This document shows, one piece after another, positions 28,503-38,690 of a DNA stretch of 64,000 nucleotides; the stretch's first letter is position 1, and every line of letters starts with the position of its first letter. The stretch spans positions 34,798 through 98,797 of the forward strand of contig CAVQIK010000008.1 in assembly GCA_963712535.1 (NCBI GenBank), in the 5' to 3' direction. Both the position numbers and the translations under genes were made by a program. Below the pieces are notes generated by a model. It worked only from the letters and a program-made list of their open reading frames with translations. It made no database searches and was not told the origin of the DNA. The DNA comes from an uncultured delta proteobacterium. GTDB taxonomy: Bacteria; Desulfobacterota; SM23-61.

Positions 28503-28592
28503 CTTCCCTTTTTCAAAGGGGGAGACTGCATCTCCTCCCTTTGGAAAAGGGAGGTTGGGAGGGATTTCTGGGAGCACCTTTCAAACCGTTAA
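28503..28592. repeat. REP-like palindromic element, copy 2
   Basis: Reverse-complement copy of 2762-2864 with a 43-bp identical core. Confidence 0.8.
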
Positions 28593-28650
28593 ACGGATAC
28601 CAAATTTCAAACAGATCCCAGCCGCGAGGCTCCTCAAGAGCGAGGTTGGC

Positions 28651-29190
28651 ATGAGAAACCGTAAATTCCCAAAGGGTCTGATCCAGGTCTACACCGGGAA
28701 CGGGAAAGGCAAGACCACCGCCGCCCTCGGGCTTGCGCTGAGAGCCGCCGGGCACCGGTTCAAGGTTCTAGTGATCCAGTTTCTGAAGGGGGGCATCGCC
28801 TACGGGGAGCTGAAATCGGCCGGGAAGCTGTCGCCCTACCTCACCATCCTTCCCGTAGGGCGAGAATGTTTCGTCGATCGGAGAAACCCTCATCCGGTGG
28901 ACCGGCGGTGCGCTCGAGACGGCTGGAAGCTGGCTCAGGAATCCGTAAAGGGGCAAAAGTATCAGCTGGTGATACTGGATGAAATCAATGTTGCGGTAAA
29001 GTACGGGCTGGTCCCCCTGGAAGAGCTCCTGGCTTTGATGAAAAATAAGCCGGAAGATGTGGAGCTGGTCCTCACGGGAAGATGGGCCAAACCGGAAGTT
29101 CTCCGGCAGGCTGACCTGGTGACGGAAATGAAAGAGGTCAAGCATTATTACAGGAAGGGGATCGATAGCAGGGTGGGGATCGAAAGATAA
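28651..29190 (+). CDS. cobO: Cob(I)alamin adenosyltransferase
   Basis: GLIQVYTGNGKGKTTAALGLALRAAG, IQFLKG, ILDEIN, ELVLTGR, ADLVTEM..VKHYY. Confidence 0.95.
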   Translation: MRNRKFPKGLIQVYTGNGKGKTTAALGLALRAAGHRFKVLVIQFLKGGIAYGELKSAGKLSPYLTILPVGRECFVDRRNPHPVDRRCARDGWKLAQESVKGQKYQLVILDEINVAVKYGLVPLEELLALMKNKPEDVELVLTGRWAKPEVLRQADLVTEMKEVKHYYRKGIDSRVGIER

Positions 29191-29442
29191 CAAAGGCCGC
29201 AAGTCGCAAGGCGCGAGAGCGCAAGGGGTAAAAACCCGCCGCACGACACCAAAGATCAATTACGCTGCATTAACAATAAAGGGGCACAAGCCCTAGGTGA
29301 GGGGCATGTCCTTACGCCTCGCGCTCTCGCGCCCTCGCGCCTCCGGTTTTTGCGGTTTTTCCCTTCTTTGTTGCGGTATTTCAAAACCTCATGCTAGAAT
29401 CAATTCCGCTCCAATCGACGATCGCGGAGGGATGATTCTCCT

Positions 29443-29991
29443 TTGCGGGTCATCAGCGGGAAATTGAAAGGGAAGAGGCTCTTTACCCCCAAAGGCCTCG
29501 AGCTCCGGCCGACTTCCGACCGGGTGAAAGAAGCGATCTTTAACATCCTGCAGAACTCGATCGAGAATCGGGTGGTGTTGGACCTTTTTGCCGGGACCGG
29601 CGCTCTGGGCATCGAAGCGTTAAGCCGGGGGGCGAAAAGCGCTGTTTTCCTGGAAGCAAGTTCCCGGTCACTGGCCGTCCTCCGCAAGAATATCGAGGCA
29701 TGCAAGCTAGAGGCGCAGGCCGAAGTGCTGGCCCTGGAGGTCCCCCGAGGAATTCAAGCGCTGTCCCGGAGGGGGGACTCGTTCCATCTCGTTTTTCTGG
29801 ACCCTCCTTACGCAAGAGGGTTGGCCCGGATTGCGCTGGAAGCGCTCTCGGAAGGTGAGATTCTGGCCCCCGGCGCCCGAATTATCGCGGAACACTCCCC
29901 CGCCGAGGACCTGGATTCCATCTCCCATCTGGAGCAGGTGGACCGCCGGAAATACGGAAGCACGCTGGTTTCGTTCTTTATTAATCCCTAA
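29443..29991 (+). CDS. rsmD: 16S rRNA m2G966 methyltransferase
   Basis: MRVISG..KG, LRPTSDRVKEAIFNIL, LDLFAGTGALGIEALSRGA, FLDPPY, YG. Confidence 0.95.
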   Translation: MRVISGKLKGKRLFTPKGLELRPTSDRVKEAIFNILQNSIENRVVLDLFAGTGALGIEALSRGAKSAVFLEASSRSLAVLRKNIEACKLEAQAEVLALEVPRGIQALSRRGDSFHLVFLDPPYARGLARIALEALSEGEILAPGARIIAEHSPAEDLDSISHLEQVDRRKYGSTLVSFFINP

Positions 29992-30142
29992 AAGAGGAAC
30001 CAAGATTGATTTTTATTGGGACGCAGATTTCCGCAGATAGGCGCAGATTATCGTAAAGCACGAGGAATAAGGATCTTGAAATCCTGCAAATCTGCGTTCA
30101 TCTGCGTCCAAATTTTGCCGTTGACCACCCGCGGAGGTTTCG

Positions 30143-30643
30143 ATGAACGATAAAATTGCCGTATACCCGGGGTCCTTCGACCCCATCACCAACGGCCACG
30201 TGAACCTGATTGAGCGGGCGCTCCAGATTTTTGACAAGCTCATCGTCGCTGTGGCTTACAACCCCAACAAGACCGCCCTCTTCTCCGTCGAGGAGCGGCT
30301 GGAGATGATCCAGATCGCCCTGAAAAACGACCCCCGCCTGACGGTGGCCTCGTTCAGCGGACTCCTCGTGGAATTCGTCTCATCGCAGGGGGCGAATGTC
30401 ATCATCCGCGGGCTGCGCGCCCTCTCGGATTTCGAGTACGAATTCCAGATGACCCTGATGAACCGCAAGCTCAACCGGAAAGTAGACACCATGTTTCTGA
30501 TGACCGGATACAAATGGTTTTACACCAGTTCCAAGATTATCAAGGAAGCGGCTTCGCTCGGCGGATCTGTCCGAGGGCTGGTTCCGGAGATCGTGCATCA
30601 AAGGCTGAAAGATAAGCTTCCTGCCTACAGGGATGTCCATTGA
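30143..30643 (+). CDS. coaD: Phosphopantetheine adenylyltransferase
   Basis: AVYPGSFDPITNGH, IIRGLRALSDFEYEFQM, SS..IKE. Confidence 0.97.
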   Translation: MNDKIAVYPGSFDPITNGHVNLIERALQIFDKLIVAVAYNPNKTALFSVEERLEMIQIALKNDPRLTVASFSGLLVEFVSSQGANVIIRGLRALSDFEYEFQMTLMNRKLNRKVDTMFLMTGYKWFYTSSKIIKEAASLGGSVRGLVPEIVHQRLKDKLPAYRDVH

Positions 30644-30763
30644 AAGAAAAGGGGGAAAAGCGGAAAAGGGGAAATGGCGAAATGGACTGCGTATTCTTCA
30701 TTCCCGTTTCGCCTTTTGCCCTTTTCGCCCTTTCGCCCGTTTTATTTTTGAAAGGAGTCAAAG

Positions 30764-31963
30764 ATGAAATTTGCCGAACGCGTCAACCGCATCAAACCGT
30801 CGCCGACCTTTGCGGCAGCCGCCAAAGCCGCGGCCATGCGGGCCAAAGGGATCGAGGTCATCAGTTTTGCCCAGGGCGAGCCGGACTTTGACACCCCGGA
30901 CAACATCAAGGAGGCGGCCTACAAGGCCATACGAGACGGCTTCACGAAGTACACCCCGGCGTCCGGGTTCCCCGAGCTGAAGGATGCCATTATTCAGAAA
31001 TTCAAACGGGACAACAATCTGACCTACGACCGGTCCCAGGTCTTCGCTTCGGCCGGCGCCAAGCTGATCCTCTACAACCTGGCCCAGGCGCTCTTCCAGG
31101 CGGGCGATGAGGTCATCGTTCCCGCCCCTTACTGGGTCTCCTACACGGATATCGTCCTCCTGATGGACGCCACTCCGATCGTGATCCCCACCTCCGAGGA
31201 GCAGGGGTTCAAAATTTCCGCGCAGCAGCTCAAGTCCGCCATCACCCCGCGCACCAAGGCGATCATTCTCAACAGCCCCTGCAACCCCACCGGGGCGACG
31301 TACACGGCCGCGGAGCTGAAGTCCCTCGCGGAGGTGCTCCTGCCCAAAAAGATCCTCATCATCGCCGACGACATTTACGAAAAGTTCGTCTACGACGGAA
31401 CCGTCTTCACCTGCATTGCCTCACTCGGGAAAGAGGTCCAGGACCAGACCGTCGTCGTGAACGGGGTCTCCAAGACCTACTCCATGACCGGCTGGCGGAT
31501 GGGATACGCGGCCGGCTCGGCGGAGATCATGGCGGCCATGGACAAGATCCAGACTCAGAACGTCTCCAACCCGGTCTCGTTCTGCCAGAAAGCCGCCGTG
31601 GAAGCCCTGGCCGGGCCCCAGGATTCCGTGCAGAAGATGATCACCGAGTTTGACCGGCGGCGGAAGGTCATCGTCCAGCGCCTGAACGCGATGCCGGGGG
31701 TCCGGTGCCAGCTTCCGAAAGGCGCGTTCTATGTCTTCCCCAACATCTCCGGGCTTTTCGGCAAAAAATGGGGCGACCGCGACCGGACTCTATCCAATTC
31801 ATGGGACGTGGCCGATTTCATCCTGGAAGAGGCGCATGTCGCGCTGGTGGCGGGGGCGGCGTTCGGAAACGACCAGTACATCCGGTTCTCCTATGCGACT
31901 TCCATGGCGAACATCGAAAAAGGAATGGACCGGATGCAGGAAGCTTTGAAAAAGCTGAAATAA
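30764..31963 (+). CDS. PLP-dependent aminotransferase class I (aspartate aminotransferase-like)
   Basis: GEPDFDTP, PAPYWVSY, ILNSPCNPTG, DDIYE, NGVSKTYSMTGWRMGY, GAFY. Confidence 0.93.
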   Translation: MKFAERVNRIKPSPTFAAAAKAAAMRAKGIEVISFAQGEPDFDTPDNIKEAAYKAIRDGFTKYTPASGFPELKDAIIQKFKRDNNLTYDRSQVFASAGAKLILYNLAQALFQAGDEVIVPAPYWVSYTDIVLLMDATPIVIPTSEEQGFKISAQQLKSAITPRTKAIILNSPCNPTGATYTAAELKSLAEVLLPKKILIIADDIYEKFVYDGTVFTCIASLGKEVQDQTVVVNGVSKTYSMTGWRMGYAAGSAEIMAAMDKIQTQNVSNPVSFCQKAAVEALAGPQDSVQKMITEFDRRRKVIVQRLNAMPGVRCQLPKGAFYVFPNISGLFGKKWGDRDRTLSNSWDVADFILEEAHVALVAGAAFGNDQYIRFSYATSMANIEKGMDRMQEALKKLK

Positions 31964-31977
31964 GAATCGACAGTAGA

Positions 31978-32035
31978 GAGCGGAGGAGGTCATTCAAGAG
32001 CCGCGATAATTATTGAAGGACGCCCTCCTCCGCTC
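31978..32035. repeat. Long imperfect hairpin at the island left border
   Basis: 12-bp IR GAGCGGAGGAGG/CCTCCTCCGCTC enclosing TTCAA/TTGAA. Confidence 0.55.
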
Positions 32036-32050
32036 CGGCGCGGTTTAAAT

Positions 32051-32285
32051 CTAGCAGTTGTATCGTTGCCCCACATATAGGTCCTCACTGACAATCTTCG
32101 AGCATCCGGCCCGCTTCGCTGCGGCGATGATCATCGCATCCCAATAGGAAGTCCGGTAACGGTGGTGAATGTCGAATTGCCTGGGTGACCCCGGGACCGA
32201 TCGATCTCCGCTACCGCCAAATGGCTGAAAGAGGTCGATAAGCTTCTTAGCTTCTTTGTGGGCGATGGAACTTTCAATGGTTGAA
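32051..32285 (-). pseudogene. PIN-domain (VapC) toxin fragment
   Basis: DIHHRYRTSYWDAMIIAAAKRAGCSKIVSEDL is the PIN C-terminal motif. The N-terminus is absent. Confidence 0.7.
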
Positions 32286-32299
32286 TAGAAAAACAAACA

Positions 32300-33466
32300 A
32301 TGACGGTCCCAAAACTTTTAAGCCGTGCTTTCTTTCTCAGCTTCCTCGCTCAATTCACTTTTTCATTTGTCTTTTGCATCCTGATTCCTACCCTTCCCAT
32401 TTATCTCTTACGATTCGGAGCCAAAGAGGGGGAGATTGGATTTATTATCGGAATTTTCAGTGTCTCCTCGTTGATCCTTCGTCCTTTCGTAGGGAAGGCT
32501 CTTTTGAGTATCCCCGAAAGAGACTTCATGATTGCCGGGACGATTCTGTATGTGCTCTCCTGCCTTGCCTATCTTGTCGCCCCTCCGTTCTGGCCGCTCC
32601 TGATCGTGCGGGTCGTTCATGGGATTGGCCTGGCCTTTTTTGCGACTGCCTCCTTCACCTTGTTAGCGAGTATGTTACCGGAGGCTAATCGTGGCCGGCT
32701 GATCAGTTATTACTATTTATCTTTCAACCTGGCTTTTGCCCTTGGGCCGTATCTCGGCATGCTCCTCATCAACAACTTTCATTTTTCTATTCTTTTCCTG
32801 GTTTGTACGGGGTTGTCTTTATGCTCCTTTTATCTCACATCGAAATTGGGAAAGAGGGAATCCGTCGTCCCCAACCAGAAATCCGGAAAGTCCCAATCCT
32901 TCCTGAGCCGGGCAGCGCTTCCGCCGGCCGTTGTGGCTTTTATGCTTAACTTCATATGGGGAAGTTTAGCCGCTTTTTTCCCCTTGTATGCCCTGAAGCA
33001 CGGGGTTTCAAATCCGGGAATTTTCTTTATTTTCCTCGCCGCCACCCTCATGGTCGGCCGAGTCTTGGGGGGAAAAATGCTGGATGTCTATGACCGCAAG
33101 AAGGTAGGTACTTTTTGCCTGTCCGTCATCATCATCGGCCTGGTCATTCTGCCCCTGGCTAACAGCCTTGGAATTTTCATCCTGATCGCCGTCATTTTGG
33201 GAACAGGATGGGCTTTTCTTTATCCCCTCCTGACTATCCAGGTCATTGAGAAGGCCGGCCTGGAAAGAGGCCCGGCCATGGGCACGTTCACCGCCCTGGC
33301 TGATCTGGGGGCTGGTCTGGGGCCGATGCTTATGGGGACGGTTCTCGAAAAGTTCAGTTATCCATCGATGTTTGCCTGTCTCATCCTCACCGCGATCTTA
33401 AACTTCTTCTATTTTTACTGGACTATTGTGAAGAGGAAAGAATTCGTCTTGAAGGAATCGAGATGA
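32300..33466 (+). CDS. MFS transporter
   Basis: About 12 TM helices. Visibly more AT-rich than flanking core genes. Confidence 0.9.
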   Translation: MTVPKLLSRAFFLSFLAQFTFSFVFCILIPTLPIYLLRFGAKEGEIGFIIGIFSVSSLILRPFVGKALLSIPERDFMIAGTILYVLSCLAYLVAPPFWPLLIVRVVHGIGLAFFATASFTLLASMLPEANRGRLISYYYLSFNLAFALGPYLGMLLINNFHFSILFLVCTGLSLCSFYLTSKLGKRESVVPNQKSGKSQSFLSRAALPPAVVAFMLNFIWGSLAAFFPLYALKHGVSNPGIFFIFLAATLMVGRVLGGKMLDVYDRKKVGTFCLSVIIIGLVILPLANSLGIFILIAVILGTGWAFLYPLLTIQVIEKAGLERGPAMGTFTALADLGAGLGPMLMGTVLEKFSYPSMFACLILTAILNFFYFYWTIVKRKEFVLKESR

Positions 33467-33681
33467 AACCTCCGAAGAACTGAGGAAGGGGTCATTGGCC
33501 GGACGGCAAACCTGAATTGGTTCTATCTGCGGATCAGGATCTAAGCTCGACGCTCTAAAAACAAGGATCAGAATAATTTTAGGATTATCGCCAGGTCACG
33601 GGGGTGAGCTAACTACCAGATCGTAGGGCCAGGAAAAGGGTAAAAAAGGGTGACACTCTCTTGAGAGAGAAAGGGAGTGTC

Positions 33682-33957
33682 ATGATGGAAAATGTAGAGG
33701 AAGTCAAGAGGAAGTGTAAGGGGAAAGAGAGTCGGTTTGGGAAGCGGTATGGATTTGAGTTGAAACTTCGTTGTGTGAAGTTGCAGTTGGAAGAGGGTTT
33801 GCCGGTTTCTTTGTTAAGCAAGGAAGTGGGAGTCAGTAAAGACGTAATTTATCGGTGGGTGAAGGCGTATCAGGAACGGGGAGAAGCGGGGTTACGGAAT
33901 CAAGTTAGGTCCTCGGGGAGCCGGCGGAAACTCCCTGGTCCGGTACGCGAGAAGATG
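33682..33957 (+). mobile_element. Truncated IS481-like transposase (HTH region only)
   Basis: YGFELKLRCVKLQLEEG...VGVSKDVIYRWVKAYQERGEAGLRN...PGPVREK with no DDE domain. The sequence switches to the antisense of the cyclase at ~33958. Confidence 0.65.
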
Positions 33958-35225
33958 GGGCTCATCGAAATCCGGTCGATTCCGCTATCCTTAACCGAAA
34001 GAACCTCAAGAACAAACGGCAGGGACGACGCCGGGTCGATTTTCATGAATTTGAGACCGGTTTGGACCTTCTCTTTTACCTCCTCATCACGATCTCCCTC
34101 CCGAACGCCAAAGGAGGACTTCAGGGCATCGATGATAGGATGATAGGCAGCCCCCCCGGCCGTAGGAAAGGCACCTCCCTTCGAAGAAGGTCACATTCTC
34201 GTTGGCTACCGCCTTGCGGAATTCATAAAGGAGCCTTGATTTTCCAACCCCGGCATCGGAGACAATCGAGAAAGCCTGCCCCCGGCCTTCCTTCGCCCGC
34301 CCTAATCCGTCCAGCAGAAGCTCAACTTCCCGCTCCCGGCCTACGAAGGGGGTCAATCCCCTCTCGGCACTCACATCAAAGCGGGTGCGCCGTGAACTGG
34401 GGGCAATTACCTGGTAGACCCGGACCGGCTCCCCCGGGCCCTTCACCTGTCGCTCCCCCAGGGACTCGAAACGGAAGAGCCCCTCCGTTAATTTGAATGT
34501 TTCTCCCGTTACGTAGACCGTGCCTGCTCCCGCCAGATTCTGAAGCCGCGAAGCTAAATTGACCGTATCTCCAATCGCCGTGAACTCAAGGCGCAAATCG
34601 TCGCCCAGCGTCCCTACTACGACCGGGCCCGTGTGGATGCCGATGCGCATCCGAATCGGAGGAATGCCCTTTTCTTTGTTCATACGTTCGCTGAACCGGG
34701 CGATCTCCTGGTGGATGGCCAATCCGGAGCGGATTGCCCTTTGAGGCGCATCCTCCAAGGCAATTGGAGCCCCGAACAGAGCCATGATCCCGTCTCCGGT
34801 CATCTCATTTACCGTTCCCTCATAGTTATGGACCTTGTGGATCAGGATCTCGTACACCTGATCCATTATGGAGTAAGCTTCCTCGGACCCAAGCTTCTCT
34901 ACCAGCGGAGTAAACCCCTCCATGTCCGTGAACATCACCGTGACCTGCTTCCGTTCGCCTTCAATCTTCCCCCTCTGGGCCAGGATTTTCTCTGTTAATC
35001 CGCCGGGAAGGTATTTCTGGATCTTGGCCAGCTTCTCATCGAAGGAGAGTTCTTTCGGTGCTGGTCTTGAGGCAACGGCCAACGGGTGCCCGCATTCGCC
35101 GCAGAACTATCTGCAGGAAAGACTTCGCAAGTGCACTTCGGGCAGGTTTTCAAAAGCTTTGCTCCGCACTCGGTGCAGAACTTCTTCGTTTCGGGATTTT
35201 CCGCCTGGCACTTCGGGCAATTCAT
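33958..35225 (-). pseudogene. Double zinc ribbon + class III adenylate/guanylate cyclase + AAA protein, 3'-truncated
   Basis: MNCPKC..EN....KFCTECG, EGERKQVTVMFTDMEG, GDGIMALFG, RIGIHTGPVVVG, AIGDTVNLASRL, FVGRERE, DAGVGKSRL. Breaks off at the IS fragment. Frameshifts at ~35108 and ~34150. Confidence 0.85.
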
Positions 35226-35518
35226 GACTGCTCTCCCGGCTTTGATTTGCCTTACCAATTTAGGTGTTTGAAGAAGATGGACGAAAAAGGTTTGTTAGGC
35301 CTCATCATTCCTGCGGAAGCCTTTGGCGTGAGCTCAGTCGAATCGAGTTTTTTACTTCCTGGGTTCCGGCTTGTAGGCGACACCGGATTTCGACAGTCTC
35401 CGCCGAGCCCCCGTCGGCCATGGGTGGGGCCCATTTCCGTTATCACAGTGGGTCACTTTTCCGTTGTCATTCCCACAGGAATAGGACAAATTTACGGTGG
35501 AAGTCCGAAAGCAATGGC

Positions 35519-35971
35519 CTACTTTGGTTCGTGAAAATCTTCGCCTTTTCTGGAAAGAGCGTCAGAAATTGCTTTGACGTATTGCGGATACAAGTTCAGG
35601 GATGTGCCGACGGCTTTTAGAATCGTTTCATGATCGAGACCGTTGTATTCATGAACAAGCCTGTTCCTCAGTCCGGCGGATGGAGCCAGCTTCTCGGCCA
35701 ACTCGGGAGGGATAATGCCAATTTCGCCCGCTAAAATGAAACTATGATAATAATCATCCGGGGCAGCATGGCCGGTCTCCACGATCATATAAGTATTAAT
35801 GTCGATGGCTGCCTCAATCAACTCCTGAAGGAGCCTTTCCGTTGCTTTTCTCCTGTATATATCGCGGAAATATTCCTCTTTCTTCATCTCTTGAATCGCT
35901 TCAAGGGCCTTGAGGTTTTCCAGAATGACCGCGAGTTTCCTTTGAATAATCTCTATGTCGAGAGGGCTCAT
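35519..35971 (-). CDS. hepT: HEPN/DUF86 (HepT-like) ribonuclease toxin
   Basis: GLRNRLVHEY Rx4H motif. Overlaps the MNT gene stop. Confidence 0.88.
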   Translation of the reverse strand: MSPLDIEIIQRKLAVILENLKALEAIQEMKKEEYFRDIYRRKATERLLQELIEAAIDINTYMIVETGHAAPDDYYHSFILAGEIGIIPPELAEKLAPSAGLRNRLVHEYNGLDHETILKAVGTSLNLYPQYVKAISDALSRKGEDFHEPK

Positions 35972-36387
35972 GGAAGCTCCCTTCCCTCAAGAAAATTCTG
36001 AATGGCCCTTTTCTGGGCATCCCGCAATTTTTTGGTATCAATATACCTTCGGAAGCTTAGAGAATAGAACTCGTTGAATAGACCCGCAGACCGCTCATAA
36101 AGAAGATGGCCTTTACAGACAGCCGCGAAAGCCAGGAGAGGGCTTGCCCGCCTGAGATCAACCAGATCAACCCGGTCGGTGCGCAAAAGACCGGTTACTC
36201 GATTGGCGATTCCGACTACGTCCGCAGGGCGGTCAAACAAAACCCCAAGGTCAATATCGCTCGTCGAGTGAACTCTCCCCGAAACCTGAGACCCAAAGAG
36301 CAGAACGATCTTCAACCCGGGCTCTTGGAAGAGGGGTAAGAGCGTTTGTTTTATCTCGGAGAGGGAGAAATTTATCGAAGAATTCAT
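35968..36387 (-). CDS. mntA: Minimal nucleotidyltransferase antitoxin (MntA-like)
   Basis: LFGSQVSG......SDIDLGV and VDLVDL motifs. Confidence 0.88.
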   Translation of the reverse strand: MNSSINFSLSEIKQTLLPLFQEPGLKIVLLFGSQVSGRVHSTSDIDLGVLFDRPADVVGIANRVTGLLRTDRVDLVDLRRASPLLAFAAVCKGHLLYERSAGLFNEFYSLSFRRYIDTKKLRDAQKRAIQNFLEGRELP

Positions 36388-36640
36388 GGCCTTATTTTCT
36401 CATAAAGGATCCACAATTCGCACTAACTATCCTGCATCGGATTGACACTCCTTTATTAAGGCGTTACCGCCCTTATATCCCCTTTGACGCAGGGATTATA
36501 GGGCTTATTATCGGATTATTTCCAGGGATGTCTTTATCCTGGCGATGCCGCAAAAAAGATAGTGAAGAATATCTGGGAATAGTAAGATAAAACAATTAGG
36601 TCTGAACTCCCCCCACCCCCTTCTTAAGTCCATGGTGTTA

Positions 36641-37030
36641 TCACCTACTTCCCGGCGCCGGCAGGCTTGTGTTCCAGATATCCCGGTGGAGCTTCCATTC
36701 TCCCCCCTGCCTCTTCCAGATGACAATGTACTTCCCCTGATCCATAATCTGCCCGCCCGCTCCGCTCAGGGTATACTTCCCAACCTCATAGGCAGAGTCG
36801 CCATGCTCTTCCAGATCGATGGTCTCCAGCTTCGCGGCCTTGATGCCCATGTCCATGGCGCCCTTCCAGAAGTCCTGGATGGCCTTCCTGCCGGTGATAA
36901 AATCACTGTTCGTCGGAAGGAGCTGCCCGTTTTCCGTGTAGAGGGCGCCCATTCCAGCCGCATCACCTCTCGCGAAAGTACTCATGAAAATTTCGTTGGC
37001 TGCCTGAATGCTTCCCGCTTTTGGTGCCAT
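36641..37030 (-). CDS. DUF4440/SnoaL-like (NTF2 fold) protein
   Basis: FARGDAAGMGALYTE, AYEVGKY, GKYIVIWKRQ.GEWKLHRDIWN. Confidence 0.85.
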   Translation of the reverse strand: MAPKAGSIQAANEIFMSTFARGDAAGMGALYTENGQLLPTNSDFITGRKAIQDFWKGAMDMGIKAAKLETIDLEEHGDSAYEVGKYTLSGAGGQIMDQGKYIVIWKRQGGEWKLHRDIWNTSLPAPGSR

Positions 37031-37335
37031 AATCTCTTCCTTCATCACATCGTCATCAGATATTTCACGCATTTTCGAAACGTATTGATCCCTCGAGAAA
37101 GCCAATATGCCTTTATAGTGAAGAATGCTTTTGGGGGCCTGTTCGGAAATTCCTCACGGACACCGTTTGGAAATTCCTTCTCATGCCTTCCTCCAGAAGG
37201 TTAGAGGTTATGCTGGTGGGTTTACTTAGCTACGGATGGGAAAATCCCCTAACAAATACTCCTAACCTTATTCGGAGTCAAGAACGGATTTATTTTTGCA
37301 GGGGAATGGGTGTGTGGAAAAGAGGATCTTCCATA

Positions 37336-37977
37336 TTATTTCCGGAGGCCGGAAAAAGATTTCACCCAGGTTTGAACGGTACTCTTGATGGATTTCCAGT
37401 CGACTTGCCACAACATCACGGGCATTCTTTCTTTTTCGGCATCGTCAAAATAGGTGAGGGCTGATAAGACATGTCCAATGTCTTTGACTCCGAACTTCTT
37501 CTGATAAGAAGTGAGCATCTGCTTCAGGGGGAAAGATCTTGTACCCAGGGCATAGATGTCAACAAAATCCTTTTTTTGTCCCCTTTGGGCAAGGGCGGAA
37601 AGCTTCATGCAGGCGATGTCTGGAAGGGAAGCCAGGCGGCAACCAAACTCCGGCCAGGGTATTTCCTTCTGCAACAGGGGATAGCGGTATTCAAAGAAGG
37701 AAATCCGTACTTTCGAAATCGACCCGTTCAGCGTTCCTTTTTCAATCGTGCCGGTAATGAAGGGAAGGCCTTCTTCGCGGATCGACGCCGCGAGATCGAG
37801 AGCGTCAGGAATAGAGAAAGATGTAAACCAATCAAAATCCTGGGAACGGCGATGACCGAGATAGATGGCCAGGGCGGTCCCGCCCGCCAGGTAAAAGCTG
37901 TGGCGGGAAGTGAAAGGCGCTAGCCGCTGCAAAATCCTCTTCTGGACTACAGTCAGTGTCTCAGGATGAAAGCGCAT
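37336..37977 (-). CDS. AbiEii/AbiGii-family nucleotidyltransferase toxin
   Basis: FYLAGGTALAIYLGHRRSQDFDWF, IACMKLSAL.QRG.KKDFVDIY. Confidence 0.88.
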   Translation of the reverse strand: MRFHPETLTVVQKRILQRLAPFTSRHSFYLAGGTALAIYLGHRRSQDFDWFTSFSIPDALDLAASIREEGLPFITGTIEKGTLNGSISKVRISFFEYRYPLLQKEIPWPEFGCRLASLPDIACMKLSALAQRGQKKDFVDIYALGTRSFPLKQMLTSYQKKFGVKDIGHVLSALTYFDDAEKERMPVMLWQVDWKSIKSTVQTWVKSFSGLRK

Positions 37978-38312
37978 TACATGGCTCTCCTCTCCCAGGT
38001 CATTCTCCGTTTATTTTCTAACCATTTGTTCACTTCCTGGTGAGGCAGTTCCAAAATCAGCTCCCAGAACCGCAACTGGCGAGCGCTTAACCCGGCTCCT
38101 CTTCTGGTCAAAATCCATTCCCGCAGCCCTTCGTTTTTCATATGGGCGTGCAGCCATCGGAGTGCTTTCCAATCCCCATGAGAGAGCAGGCGGGCAACCA
38201 CCACCTCCCGATCTTCATCCCAGCTCAGCCGGTGAAATTCGTAATCCCAGAAAAATGGCTTTAGCCCGGCAGGAAGGTTCCCCAACTTTTTATTTTTCCT
38301 GTTCTGATCCAT
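37977..38312 (-). CDS. DUF6922-like partner (putative antitoxin)
   Basis: LKPFFWDY......W......VVARLLSHGDW. Stop overlaps the toxin start. Confidence 0.75.
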   Translation of the reverse strand: MDQNRKNKKLGNLPAGLKPFFWDYEFHRLSWDEDREVVVARLLSHGDWKALRWLHAHMKNEGLREWILTRRGAGLSARQLRFWELILELPHQEVNKWLENKRRMTWERRAM

Positions 38313-38381
38313 GGTTGTCTTTTGATCGGGCCCTTTGTGACGTTATCAGGGATTTTAAAGACCTGCAAGAAGGATTCACCT

Positions 38382-38559
38382 TGATCCCCGGAGAGCCAAG
38401 AGAACTTCGGCCTGGATGGCAGGGCGGAGGAACTGCAGGTGAGATGGACAATTCGTCGGTTCGGAGAGATGTTTCGATACACACCCCCCGTTGGCGGGAG
38501 CTATCGCGGGTTCGGTAATGAACAACAAGTTCACTCCCGCCGCGGCACCACGGGGATCA
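38382..38559. ncRNA. Possible structured non-coding RNA (178 nt)
   Basis: Intergenic, closed by a 9-bp IR TGATCCCCG/CGGGGATCA with an internal GGCGGGAG/CTCCCGCC stem. Family not established. Confidence 0.25.
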
Positions 38560-38567
38560 TTCCGCTT

Positions 38568-38690
38568 CGCTCCACGATAGCGTAAAGGGCAATAAACCCC
38601 ATGAGGACCCAGACGGCCCGCTCTAGCTTCCATTCCCTGTGGTGATAGTCCAGGTGCTGATCAATCTCCAAATCGCCGACCGCTTAAGGG
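38568..38690 (-). pseudogene. N-terminal remnant of a membrane protein
   Basis: GDLEIDQHLDYHHREWKLERAVWVLMGFIALY resembles a recalled family start and then breaks off. Confidence 0.35.

Noticed and set aside
33651-33682. 8-bp inverted repeat TGACACTC/GAGTGTCA as the IS left end
   Set aside because: Both arms lie on the same side of the transposase and overlap its start, and no matching right end exists. It may be a local hairpin only.
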